Source: an uncultured virus (IMG/VR IMGVR_UViG_3300033153_005459)
Taxonomy: Duplodnaviria > Heunggongvirae > Uroviricota > Caudoviricetes
Direction: 5' to 3' (one strand)
Length of the DNA stretch: 64,000 nt
Virus record (IMG/VR): IMGVR_UViG_3300033153_005459
The notes under the pieces: generated by a model
Seen by the model: the letters and a program-made list of their open reading frames with translations, nothing else
The model's database searches: none
Told to the model about the DNA's origin: nothing
Part shown: positions 15,435-24,008 of the stretch, one piece after another
Position numbering within the stretch: the first letter of the stretch is position 1
Layout of the letters: every line of letters starts with the position of its first letter
Translations under genes and position numbers: made by a program

Positions 15435-15646
15435 GTCAAATCCCTCCTGTATCGCTGGATGGTTCTCTCACCGATTTCAAAACCTCTGGCCTTGAGAACG
15501 CGATGAATAGAGGTTCCCAAAACCAGTGGGTCTGTAAGTAATTCTCTCAATTCTGCTGCTTCCTCTTCAGAAAGTTCTTCAAGAACGCCTTCTACTCCAC
15601 TTTTGGCGCTGGCCTGTTCGGCTAGCACTTCGTCTCTGAGTCCCAT
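15431..15646 (-). CDS. Hypothetical protein, possible HTH
   Basis: AGGAGA RBS; 4-nt overlap with the phosphoesterase gene. Confidence 0.65.
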   Translation of the reverse strand: MGLRDEVLAEQASAKSGVEGVLEELSEEEAAELRELLTDPLVLGTSIHRVLKARGFEIGERTIQRYRRDLT

Positions 15647-15743
15647 GGGGTATCTCCTATTGTCGTTAGATCGTCGCACTTGGGTCGGTTATGAAGTGCT
15701 ACAGTGTCGGTACCGATGACTCTGAGTATACGAGGTTCCATCT

Positions 15744-16208
15744 ATGTTGTCCCGAGAAAAAGCAGGAAAGTGGTTGCAAGCCGCTGATAGTCAGGCAAAA
15801 CTCTTCTCTACGTGCTCTAGGCGGCAGTATTTCGCTATCGTTCTGGACAATAATGGACACGTTCTTGGGACAGGCTACAACGGTGGACCTTCAGGGTCCG
15901 TGCATTGCATTGATGGTGGGTGTCCTAGGGTCACTGAAGATCCTGAACATGGGACACAATACAACAACTGCATAGCGGTTCATGCAGAAGCAAACGCTCT
16001 GCTTCACAGTGACTATTCCGCTAGAACACACGGGTGTGTGGTGATCATCAACGGTCCTCCGTGTTGGGATTGCGCTAAGCTGATCTGCAACGCTGGAGTA
16101 CACACAGTGGTTTGCCAACTTGATCCTGAGTATGCTGACTGGGAGCGAGTCAACTCGTTTTTCATGGCGAACGGAGTGAGGGTGTGGGCTTTTGACACTC
16201 ATACGTGA
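15744..16208 (+). CDS. dCMP deaminase family protein
   Basis: STCSRR, TGYNG, HAEANA, PCWDC zinc-binding motifs. Confidence 0.9.
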   Translation: MLSREKAGKWLQAADSQAKLFSTCSRRQYFAIVLDNNGHVLGTGYNGGPSGSVHCIDGGCPRVTEDPEHGTQYNNCIAVHAEANALLHSDYSARTHGCVVIINGPPCWDCAKLICNAGVHTVVCQLDPEYADWERVNSFFMANGVRVWAFDTHT

Positions 16209-16485
16209 CACCAAAAAATGTGAGCATTGCGGCAACTATGTTGGCATTACGAACAGTCTTGATTACCCAACGCATCTAGATGAATGTCCCAAGAATCCTG
16301 TCAATTTGTTGTGTCGAAACGACCCGAGCAGAGCCTGTGAAAGCCTACTGCTCATACTGACATCTAGCGACGAAAACGTCTTTATGCACACGGGATGCAT
16401 AAAGCAGGGATGTTTCAAATCTTATGCAACGACGGAGATTTCGTGGTGGGAAACGGCCGTCCCCGAAGCTGAGACGAATCTTTAG
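16192..16485 (+). CDS. Hypothetical Cys-rich protein (WWETA near C-terminus)
   Basis: ORF track; CEHC...H...CP. Confidence 0.55.
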   Translation: MTLIRDTKKCEHCGNYVGITNSLDYPTHLDECPKNPVNLLCRNDPSRACESLLLILTSSDENVFMHTGCIKQGCFKSYATTEISWWETAVPEAETNL

Positions 16486-16690
16486 TCGAGAGCTGGTATT
16501 TTCATATAACGCCTGTTGGTTCTCTCTGAGAGCTATAACTCCTGGTCAGAGGGTGTTTTTGACCTTAGTCCACGCTCCTCCAGAAAGTACCAACACACGT
16601 TTGTATTTCGAACAGAGAGAGCTTCCTCAAACACGTGCTCTCTCTCCCGATGTAGAATAAACAGTACCAAGATTACCATAGGAGAATTCA

Positions 16691-18706
16691 GTGGAATTCC
16701 TTTCATTTAGGCTTCCAGATGATTTCATCTCCGAGTATGCAGATCGTCAGCCTAATTGGGGCTACGATATTGGCGCAGGCAATACACTCGGTGAGTTGAC
16801 ATTCATCACGAAGTATTCACGTCGGAAAGAAGACGGAACCAAAGAGCGATGGCACGAAGCCTGCCGACGTGTAGTCGAAGGAACCTACTCGATACTCAAG
16901 GACCACTGTCATCAGAATCGTACCAACTGGAACGACAACAAGGCACAGAAGGCAGCGCAGGACGCATACCATCGGTTGTTCACGTTCAAGTGGACGCCAC
17001 CCGGCCGTGGCTTGTGGATGATGGGAACCGAGTTCATTCACGAACGCAACAACTCGGCAGCCCTCCAGAACTGTGCTTTCATTTCTACCGAGAAGCTTTC
17101 AGCCCACTCGGCTAGATCAGCAACCCTCCCTTTTGTTCGTCTCATGGAGATGTCAATGCTTGGCGTTGGTGTAGGTTTCGACACGAAAGGAGTCGGGAAC
17201 CTAGAGATCCACGAACCCACAGAAGCAATCCAAGAAATCGTCATTGAGGACAGCCGCGAGGGCTGGTATGAATCTGTGGCTATTCTGCTAGAATCGTATT
17301 TCTTCAAGAACCGGGCCTGTGTCGATTTTGACTATGGCCTGATTCGCGAAGCAGGAGAACTCATCAAAGGGTTCGGTGGCGTGGCCGCAGGTCCATCTCC
17401 CCTCAGAGACCTTCACAACTCGATTCGGGTGATGTTCGCAGGGCGAGACGGTCAACGTATTACGTCAACCGACATCGTAGACCTGATGAACCTCATCGGC
17501 AAATGTGTCGTAGCAGGCAACGTAAGGCGCTCTGCTGAGATCGCCATTGGTGATGCTAGTGACACCGAGTTCCTTGATCTCAAGGACAGAGAGAAGAACC
17601 CAGAGCGTATGGGGGCAAATGGGTGGGGGTTCACGTCGAACAATTCGATTTTTGCTACTGTTGGAGACGATTACAGCGAAATTGTGGAACGCATTCAAGA
17701 CAACGGGGAGCCTGGCTTCCTGTGGCTGGACCTGTGTAAGTCTCATGGTCGCATGATCGACCCGCCAAACAACAAGGACCATCGTGCTGCCGGAACGAAC
17801 CCGTGCGGCGAGCAGACTCTAGAGTCCTACGAATGCTGCACACTCGTAGAAACATTCCCGTATCATCACGATGATCTAGAAGACTACAAGAAGACCTTGA
17901 AACACGCGTATCTGTACGCCAAAGCCGTGACACTCATGTCTACGCATTGGCCAGAAACGAATGAGGTCATGCAGCGCAACCGTCGAATCGGTTGTTCTGT
18001 TTCCGGTGTAGCCCAGTTCGTAGAGGACCGGGGTTGGACTGTGTTGAAGAACTGGCTGGATGAGGGTTACATGGCTGTTCAGTTACGTGACCGTCAGTAC
18101 AGTGAGTGGCTAGGTGTGCGTGAGTCGATCAAGACCACAAGCGTCAAGCCGTCGGGCACCGTGTCGTTACTCGCAGGAGCAACGCCTGGTGTCCACTGGC
18201 CCACAGCGTCAGATACCTACATCCGTCGAATGAGGTTTGCAACGAACGATCCGTTTGTTCCCATCCTAGAAAGCGCGGGCTATCATCTCGAAGAGGACGT
18301 GATGGACCCTAAGCATACCCTAGTGGCTGAGTTTCCAACCCAGGGACCGCATGTACGGACAGAGCGTGATGTCACGATCTGGGAGAAGACGGAGCTTGCT
18401 GTTATGGCAGCAAGATTCTGGGCCGACAATCAGGTGAGCGTGACTGTCACGTTCCAAGACCATGAAAAGGATCAGATTCCGGCTCTGCTAAGTGCTAAGG
18501 ACGGACAGTTGAAATCACTGTCCTTGTTGCCGCTGCTAGACGTGGGCGGAGCATACAAGCAGATGCCGTATGAAGGCATTAGTCCTGAGATGCAAGTTCA
18601 GATGAGAGAGAACCTCCGTCCCATGAGTTGGGACACCTTGTATGACGGTGCTGCAAACGACGCTGAAGGCGAACGTTTTTGTAGCAACGATACCTGCACA
18701 ATCTGA
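16691..18706 (+). CDS. nrdJ: Class II (adenosylcobalamin-dependent) ribonucleotide reductase
   Basis: PPGRGLW, LQNC, GNVRRSAEI, TNPCGEQ, KPSGTVSLL, C-terminal CxxxxC. Confidence 0.92.
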   Translation: MEFLSFRLPDDFISEYADRQPNWGYDIGAGNTLGELTFITKYSRRKEDGTKERWHEACRRVVEGTYSILKDHCHQNRTNWNDNKAQKAAQDAYHRLFTFKWTPPGRGLWMMGTEFIHERNNSAALQNCAFISTEKLSAHSARSATLPFVRLMEMSMLGVGVGFDTKGVGNLEIHEPTEAIQEIVIEDSREGWYESVAILLESYFFKNRACVDFDYGLIREAGELIKGFGGVAAGPSPLRDLHNSIRVMFAGRDGQRITSTDIVDLMNLIGKCVVAGNVRRSAEIAIGDASDTEFLDLKDREKNPERMGANGWGFTSNNSIFATVGDDYSEIVERIQDNGEPGFLWLDLCKSHGRMIDPPNNKDHRAAGTNPCGEQTLESYECCTLVETFPYHHDDLEDYKKTLKHAYLYAKAVTLMSTHWPETNEVMQRNRRIGCSVSGVAQFVEDRGWTVLKNWLDEGYMAVQLRDRQYSEWLGVRESIKTTSVKPSGTVSLLAGATPGVHWPTASDTYIRRMRFATNDPFVPILESAGYHLEEDVMDPKHTLVAEFPTQGPHVRTERDVTIWEKTELAVMAARFWADNQVSVTVTFQDHEKDQIPALLSAKDGQLKSLSLLPLLDVGGAYKQMPYEGISPEMQVQMRENLRPMSWDTLYDGAANDAEGERFCSNDTCTI

Positions 18707-18720
18707 ACTGACCCTTAGGG

Positions 18721-18769
18721 GCATGGAGAAAGTCGGCGGCTTGGGCAGGTCGTCGCTTTCTTCCCATGC
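18721..18769 (+). terminator. Long hairpin downstream of nrdJ
   Basis: GCATGG-AGAAAG-...-CTTTCT-TC-CCATGC pairing; no strong U-tract. Confidence 0.4.
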
Positions 18770-18805
18770 TATCATGGCAACAGATTTATCGACTAGGGAG
18801 TTAGG

Positions 18806-19660
18806 ATGAGCCATCAGGCTGAACAAGACGCGATCGACTGTGAAAGCTATTCACCTGCACAGAAGTTCGCTCTATACAGAATTGCGACAGTTGTCAACGA
18901 CATGTACGACATGCGTTGGTGGGCCAAGAATGAGAATTTGGCAAAGCAAGTTGGGGTCTGCCGACAGACCGTTTCGGGATGGATGAAAGATTTTGTCAGT
19001 GACGGATGGTTGAAACTTGTCGATCCCGAAAAGAGAGCTGGAGGTCGTAGTTGTTCTACTGAATACTTCTGGATTGGTCCTCCAGAAAGTGTCGGGCATC
19101 CCGACAGTAACGAGGCAGAAAGTGTCGGCCATCCCGACAGTAACGAAAGTGTCGGGTTGACAGAAAGTGTCGGGTTGACAGACAATACTGTCGGGTTGAC
19201 AGCCGAAAGTGTCGGCCATCCCGACACGCAAGAAGTACAAGAGTGTAAGAGAAACCAAGAAGACCTTGCACCTTCGGCGCAGGGGGAGCAAGGTTCCTTG
19301 ACAGGAATGACTCTGGCAGAACCTGAAATTGTGGAAGCCACAATCGTCACTAACGCTACGATTGCAAGAGACATAGCGACAGCCTTTTGGGACTCACTTA
19401 TCGCAGAGAAAAAACCTACTCCGGTTTTGGGTGGGAATAGAAACTCGTTTATGGCGTTGGTACAGATAGTCGAGCAGTTCGTTGAATCTGGATACGCACC
19501 GCAAACGATTTACCACGCATTGCACGACACAAGTGTTTACTCGATGAACGGAATCACATTCAGCTTGAACAAGCAGAAGCGTGATGTTGCTCGTAGTACC
19601 GAAGGTTCGTCCTTCGAAGGTTTGGCCGAACTTCAGAGATTGCAGAGGGAGATCAGATGA
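18806..19660 (+). CDS. Putative replication initiator (N-terminal winged HTH, internal iterons)
   Basis: LAKQVGVCRQTVSGWMKDFVSDGWL HTH followed by ESVGHPD/ESVGLT repeats. Confidence 0.7.
   Translation: MSHQAEQDAIDCESYSPAQKFALYRIATVVNDMYDMRWWAKNENLAKQVGVCRQTVSGWMKDFVSDGWLKLVDPEKRAGGRSCSTEYFWIGPPESVGHPDSNEAESVGHPDSNESVGLTESVGLTDNTVGLTAESVGHPDTQEVQECKRNQEDLAPSAQGEQGSLTGMTLAEPEIVEATIVTNATIARDIATAFWDSLIAEKKPTPVLGGNRNSFMALVQIVEQFVESGYAPQTIYHALHDTSVYSMNGITFSLNKQKRDVARSTEGSSFEGLAELQRLQREIR
19085..19227 (+). repeat. Iteron-like repeats; putative replication origin
   Basis: GAAAGTGTCGG at 19085, 19118, 19145, 19163, 19205; palindromic core TGTCGGG-CAT-CCCGACA. Confidence 0.8.
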
Positions 19661-19908
19661 GTGTATATTCGGACATTTTGGATGAACGTATTCGTCAGGA
19701 TGCTAAGTGGGGTGTTCAGGAGCATGAGCATCCGATGTGGTCTGTGATTTTCAATGAGGAATGGGGTGAGGCGAATCAGGCTTGGCTTCATTGGGTTGAA
19801 GAGAATTGTGGTGAGGCAGCGCTTTATCGTGAGGAATTGGTTCAGGCTGCTGCGGTGTTGGTAAACATGATTGAGTGTCATGATCGGGCTATGAACGAGG
19901 TGATGTGA
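19657..19908 (+). CDS. MazG-like nucleotide pyrophosphohydrolase
   Basis: ERIRQDAKWG...EEWGEA...REELVQAAAV. Confidence 0.7.
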   Translation: MSVYSDILDERIRQDAKWGVQEHEHPMWSVIFNEEWGEANQAWLHWVEENCGEAALYREELVQAAAVLVNMIECHDRAMNEVM

Positions 19909-20009
19909 TGAGGTTTTGGAATTGGCTCAAAAGGTATCCTCGAAAGTGTTGTGTCGATTTGTGGGAGCGTCGCCCTGCGCGACACGAGAATCACCGTATG
20001 TGGTGAATC

Positions 20010-20396
20010 GTGAATCAGAATGAGGTTTCGGTTTTGTACGAGTATGCTGCGGCGTTGATGCCTAACGAGGGGAAGTGGAACAAGCCTTCGTCTCCGGGGC
20101 AAATTGTGGCTCATGCTCATGCGTTGCGTAATGTGCCGTTTGGTGTGGCGTGTTTCGCTGCCGATATTGTGATGACTCGTGAGGGTAAGTGGCCTGCTCC
20201 GTGGCAGATCATCAAGGTGGCTAAGACGCTTGATGCTGATTTGGATTCTGAGCGGATGCAGCATAGTTACGGTCCTCAGATTGATGAGGCTGTAGCGATA
20301 GTGACGCATGTCACAGAGTTGGCTATTGCGGCGCAGCATCAGCTTGAAGGAAAGGCACCGCGACAGGCTCAACTTGAATCAGGTACGTCAACGTGA
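20010..20396 (+). CDS. Possible helicase loader/inhibitor (G39P-like)
   Basis: Lies downstream of the initiator; L..VP...A..A......KWPAP..I pattern. Confidence 0.4.
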   Translation: MNQNEVSVLYEYAAALMPNEGKWNKPSSPGQIVAHAHALRNVPFGVACFAADIVMTREGKWPAPWQIIKVAKTLDADLDSERMQHSYGPQIDEAVAIVTHVTELAIAAQHQLEGKAPRQAQLESGTST

Positions 20397-20409
20397 CGAT
20401 ACAAGAACT

Positions 20410-20697
20410 ATGGCCCAAAACAAGCGAGGTAACCTGAAAGATAAGGTGGATCGTGGGCTTTTGCATGAGTATCTTTGGAAGCATCGTACTCGTGAAGGAT
20501 TTGTAGCTGGGACACAAAATGATTTGGCTGCGAAGCTGGGCATTAAGAAGGTTGCAATGACGTTGATCTTGACAGAAATGGCTGAGAAGGGTATGCTGAT
20601 TAAGCATCGCCGTGCGACTTGGCAGATTGTTGACCCGCAGATGTATGCTCTGGGCGAGAAGCCCGAGATTGATGGGAGACTGTTCGATGATGGCTGA
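20410..20697 (+). CDS. Winged-HTH protein
   Basis: TQNDLAAKLGI...L.EMAEKGML. Confidence 0.7.
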   Translation: MAQNKRGNLKDKVDRGLLHEYLWKHRTREGFVAGTQNDLAAKLGIKKVAMTLILTEMAEKGMLIKHRRATWQIVDPQMYALGEKPEIDGRLFDDG

Positions 20698-20821
20698 GCG
20701 GAAGAGTTTGAAGGGTGACCGACCTTGGTTCGGAGCAACGGAAGCCAAAACCCACGGCAAAGCCGGTCGTCGCAAGATGGATGCTGACATGATCGCGGAG
20801 GGGATGGATCATGAGACCTGA
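20687..20821 (+). CDS. Small hypothetical protein
   Basis: Overlaps both neighbours in operon. Confidence 0.45.
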   Translation: MMAERKSLKGDRPWFGATEAKTHGKAGRRKMDADMIAEGMDHET

Positions 20822-20999
20822 TGTGGAAGAAGCGTTTGATTTGTACAACGAGGCTATGGTCAGCAACGAAGAGATGTTGTCTGAAATTCATGAACGCCCG
20901 ACTTCGTTGGAGCCAGTGTCTCAGAAAAAGATTGCCGAGACTTACCTAGGCAGGAAGCTCAATCTTTGGGAATTAGTGCGTCTCCGGTTGGGTCGTTGA
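20811..20999 (+). CDS. Hypothetical protein
   Basis: GGAGG RBS upstream. Confidence 0.6.
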   Translation: MRPDVEEAFDLYNEAMVSNEEMLSEIHERPTSLEPVSQKKIAETYLGRKLNLWELVRLRLGR

Positions 21000-21000
21000 G

Positions 21001-21159
21001 ATGAGCAAATACAAGGTAACACGAGTGTCATACGTGCAGGCAAATTCTCCGCAAGAGGCCATTGACGACACCGCAGACACGACCCCTACAAGCATTTTTG
21101 CCGAGAGTCAGTCGAGCGACAATGTTGTTCAGACGCCTCAGTCCGGCAACTATATCTGA
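21001..21159 (+). CDS. Small hypothetical protein
   Basis: Hand translation MSKYKVTRVSYVQANSPQEAID... Confidence 0.5.
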   Translation: MSKYKVTRVSYVQANSPQEAIDDTADTTPTSIFAESQSSDNVVQTPQSGNYI

Positions 21160-21206
21160 CGATCAAAGTTGTGAGGGGCATCCTCGCAACCTACAGGAGG
21201 TTCATA

Positions 21207-21554
21207 ATGGATACTGTATTTCAGGGAGACGTGGCAACGCTCTCTGCGCTGGTGGGAGTCTTCCTACCGATACTTGTTGGCATCGTAACTAAGCAGCTAG
21301 CTTCGGGCGGACTCAAGGCAACGATCTTGGCTTTGTTCGCAGCAGTTTCTGGCGTTGCTACAGGTGCTATCCAGGCCGGTGGAGCATTTACGCAGGAGGC
21401 CGTTTATGCGGGCTTCATTACGTGGATTATCGCCGTGTCTACCTACTATGGTTACTGGAAGCCTACGGGCGCAGCAGCCAAGGTTGCGGAAGTCACAAAG
21501 GTTGTTGGTGTCGGCCCTAAAGCTGTCGCCTCTAAACATCCATTTTCCGTCTAA
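21207..21554 (+). CDS. Holin-like membrane protein
   Basis: AGGAGG RBS; about 3 hydrophobic segments; LPILVGIVTK...YYGYWKPTG pattern of actinophage holins. Confidence 0.7.
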   Translation: MDTVFQGDVATLSALVGVFLPILVGIVTKQLASGGLKATILALFAAVSGVATGAIQAGGAFTQEAVYAGFITWIIAVSTYYGYWKPTGAAAKVAEVTKVVGVGPKAVASKHPFSV

Positions 21555-21587
21555 CATTTTTACTGCTCGGGCAACCGAGTCCTTATA

Positions 21588-21622
21588 GGAGAGGCCCTCG
21601 TTTATGCGGGGGTTTCTTCGCG
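21588..21622 (+). terminator. Terminator-like hairpin
   Basis: GGAGAGGCCCTCG...CGGGGGTTTCTTC. Confidence 0.6.
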
Positions 21623-21623
21623 C

Positions 21624-21653
21624 TTGACAAGCTTCATTGACATGTGCTATGAT
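21624..21653 (+). promoter_or_regulatory. Leaderless sigmaA-type promoter
   Basis: TTGACA-N18-TATGAT-N6-ATG (21660). Confidence 0.75.
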
Positions 21654-21659
21654 CTTCAT

Positions 21660-22055
21660 ATGGATGAAACCAACAAAGAACGAATCAACCAGCTTGTCGA
21701 GAAAACTCACACGGCAATGTCTGAGTTGGGCTTGTACTCGATCAACTATACGATCGGCACAAGCAACCCTGATCTTGTAAGCGAAGAAGGCGAAATGGAC
21801 CACGATGTCCGCGAGTTGATTGAGAGCGGTGAAGCGTCATTCGTTCTGAACGCCACATATCGTCTGAACGAAATGGCATGGTCACGTAGAATCCTGCATC
21901 CAGACGAGTTTGATCTGGACAAGCAGTTCCGTACCATGATGCCTTCCGAAGCCGAAATGATGGTGGAACGACTCAAGGAGAAGGCTGCTGAAGGCGACTT
22001 TCTTGCTGTGTTCGATGACCTTGAAGACGACGGAGACAACGATGATGAAGGTTGA
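21660..22055 (+). CDS. Hypothetical acidic protein
   Basis: ORF starting at the predicted TSS. Confidence 0.7.
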   Translation: MDETNKERINQLVEKTHTAMSELGLYSINYTIGTSNPDLVSEEGEMDHDVRELIESGEASFVLNATYRLNEMAWSRRILHPDEFDLDKQFRTMMPSEAEMMVERLKEKAAEGDFLAVFDDLEDDGDNDDEG

Positions 22056-22302
22056 GTTCGTAGAAGAATACCGGAACCAAGGGATCGTGAAAGGCGTCAA
22101 GTGTACCATGTGTTCACTCGTAATTCAGATTGGTGACCACGTTCTTTTCGAACGTCGAAGGAATGAAGGGTACACGGCCTTGCATGTTGAGTGCATTCGT
22201 GCTATAATCGTAAATATCCCTACGGACGCCAGTGTTCTGGGGCAATTCAACGAGATCCGTCGAGAGGCGGAGGAAGGATTAACATGTCTGACACTGACAT
22301 GA
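22042..22302 (+). CDS. Hypothetical zinc-finger-like protein
   Basis: CTMC...HVEC. Confidence 0.6.
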   Translation: MMKVEFVEEYRNQGIVKGVKCTMCSLVIQIGDHVLFERRRNEGYTALHVECIRAIIVNIPTDASVLGQFNEIRREAEEGLTCLTLT

Positions 22303-22688
22303 TCTGCGGAAAGGTTGACACTCACGGCTTCGGTCTTGAGATCGAACTTGAAACAGGCGAAATTTCTCCCCGAGAGATTTGGGAGAACAAGGATTACTAC
22401 ATCGGTCTGGCTACAACCAGCCGGGAAGAGGTTTGGGACAAGCAAGACGAAGACCGCCAAGCGGCGTTGCTTCGTTTGGTACAGTCTTCGGTTGAGTGTT
22501 TGCACGCCAACGTTGGGGATTGGGTTCCGGCCGACATTCGTGCTGAGGGTGGCGAGTGGGTGGATGTGACTTGGCGGATAACTGCTGAGGACATCGCTGA
22601 CGAGATTGTTCGTTACGAGGATGAGGTTGCTGCGAACATCGCTGCTGCCACGGCTGACACAGCCGAGATGTTGGAAGGACTGACCTGA
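22284..22688 (+). CDS. Hypothetical protein, paralog of 22688-22990
   Basis: GGAGGAAGG RBS; shared LH....DWVP...AA.ADT..ML.G. Confidence 0.7.
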   Translation: MSDTDMICGKVDTHGFGLEIELETGEISPREIWENKDYYIGLATTSREEVWDKQDEDRQAALLRLVQSSVECLHANVGDWVPADIRAEGGEWVDVTWRITAEDIADEIVRYEDEVAANIAAATADTAEMLEGLT

Positions 22689-22990
22689 TGAGTTCACTAG
22701 GCAATAGTTCACTAGGCGATGCATCACTAACCGAACTGCTTGACGGTATTACCGATCCGCAGGAAGCTATCCGGCGGATGGTGCAGGGCGCTATTGAGCG
22801 CCTTCACGATCGCACGGATGATTGGGTTCCTGAGGCTCTGCGTGATGCGGACGACGAGGGTGGCCTTCGGGTTACGTTCCGTGTTCTCATGACTGATATC
22901 TCCAAGGAGATCGAGCGCAACGAGCAGGCCACGAAGATGCGGGTTGCCGCAGCGGAGGCCGACACGATCGACATGCTCTCCGGCATGTAA
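22688..22990 (+). CDS. Hypothetical protein, paralog of 22284-22688
   Basis: TGATG overlap; shared motif. Confidence 0.7.
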   Translation: MSSLGNSSLGDASLTELLDGITDPQEAIRRMVQGAIERLHDRTDDWVPEALRDADDEGGLRVTFRVLMTDISKEIERNEQATKMRVAAAEADTIDMLSGM

Positions 22991-23091
22991 ACCCTAACCG
23001 CGGTGGCACCCCGTGGTTACAAGACCCACTTCTTCTACTTCTCGTTGGGTAGAGGGAGTGGGTGCTTTGTATTTATGCTATAGTGTCCGAT

Positions 23092-23568
23092 ATGGATGAC
23101 ATGGCTATACAAGAACCCCCATTTGGTGATCCGGGCATGACTGTCACGTTCACCAACGATGAATGCGGTGATTCGATTTCTTATGGCTTGCTGCCGTTGG
23201 TGGGAAACCAACTCGCAACAAACACGTCTGTACAGGGATACGGTACAGGTACTACGATATGGACTACACCGAACATTTACACTCCTGAGCCTGCTGGCGA
23301 TCTGGAAATCACTCACGTGGTCGAAGAAGATGAAGGATTGATCGGTTACGCTGATGACGGTACGAGGGTGCTGTTGGGTGATTGGGTTCCTACTGCTGTA
23401 TCTTTGCGTGTTCGAACGCTCCTAGAGCGGATCGCTGGCGGCGACGAACTAGACGAGTCAGACTTGGAAAAGTTCTGCTACCTGAAGCGACTCCTAGAGT
23501 TGCAGAAAGAAGAGCTAGAGAACACTTCCAACCGCATACAATTCATCGAACAGCTTATTGCTTTGTGA
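23092..23568 (+). CDS. Hypothetical protein
   Basis: ORF; TATAGT upstream. Confidence 0.6.
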   Translation: MDDMAIQEPPFGDPGMTVTFTNDECGDSISYGLLPLVGNQLATNTSVQGYGTGTTIWTTPNIYTPEPAGDLEITHVVEEDEGLIGYADDGTRVLLGDWVPTAVSLRVRTLLERIAGGDELDESDLEKFCYLKRLLELQKEELENTSNRIQFIEQLIAL

Positions 23569-24008
23569 GCGTCAACTACGGTAAGGGCGCTAAAAAAAAG
23601 GCTATCAAGCTACACTCGCTGCTGGTCCGAACACGTTCCGATTTCACGTGCGACAAATGTGGTCTTGTTCGTGGAATGATGCGAACGAATCCAAAAACGA
23701 AGAAAGTCACCAAAGTTGCGATTCAGTGTGCTCACATCATCTCTCGTCAATACAAGGCTACCGTTACCGATGACCGCAATGCTGTGTGTCTGTGCGGGTC
23801 TTGTCATTACGGTTTCGGACTAGACCCATTAGGTTTCGCCGAGTTTGTCATCGGTCGACATGGTACAGTTGACATCTATCGAGAGTTACGCAAGAAGGTG
23901 GACGACAAGTATGACCCAGATTGGAATACAGAGATCGACCGTCTACAGGAGTTGCTAGATGTCGCAGAATCCGAAGCTGCTCATAGGATGTCCGATCAGG
24001 TCACGTGA
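23565..24008 (+). CDS. NinG/Rap-like HNH nuclease
   Basis: VR.R...CDKCG...QCAHIISR...D.RN...LCGSCH. Confidence 0.75.
   Translation: MSVNYGKGAKKKAIKLHSLLVRTRSDFTCDKCGLVRGMMRTNPKTKKVTKVAIQCAHIISRQYKATVTDDRNAVCLCGSCHYGFGLDPLGFAEFVIGRHGTVDIYRELRKKVDDKYDPDWNTEIDRLQELLDVAESEAAHRMSDQVT

Noticed and set aside
22995..23063. Twister-ribozyme-like GGTTACAAG string
   Set aside because: It lacks the AAGC and pseudoknot partners; two simple hairpins (TAACCGCGG/CCGTGGTTA and CCCACTT.../...GAGTGGG) explain it better.
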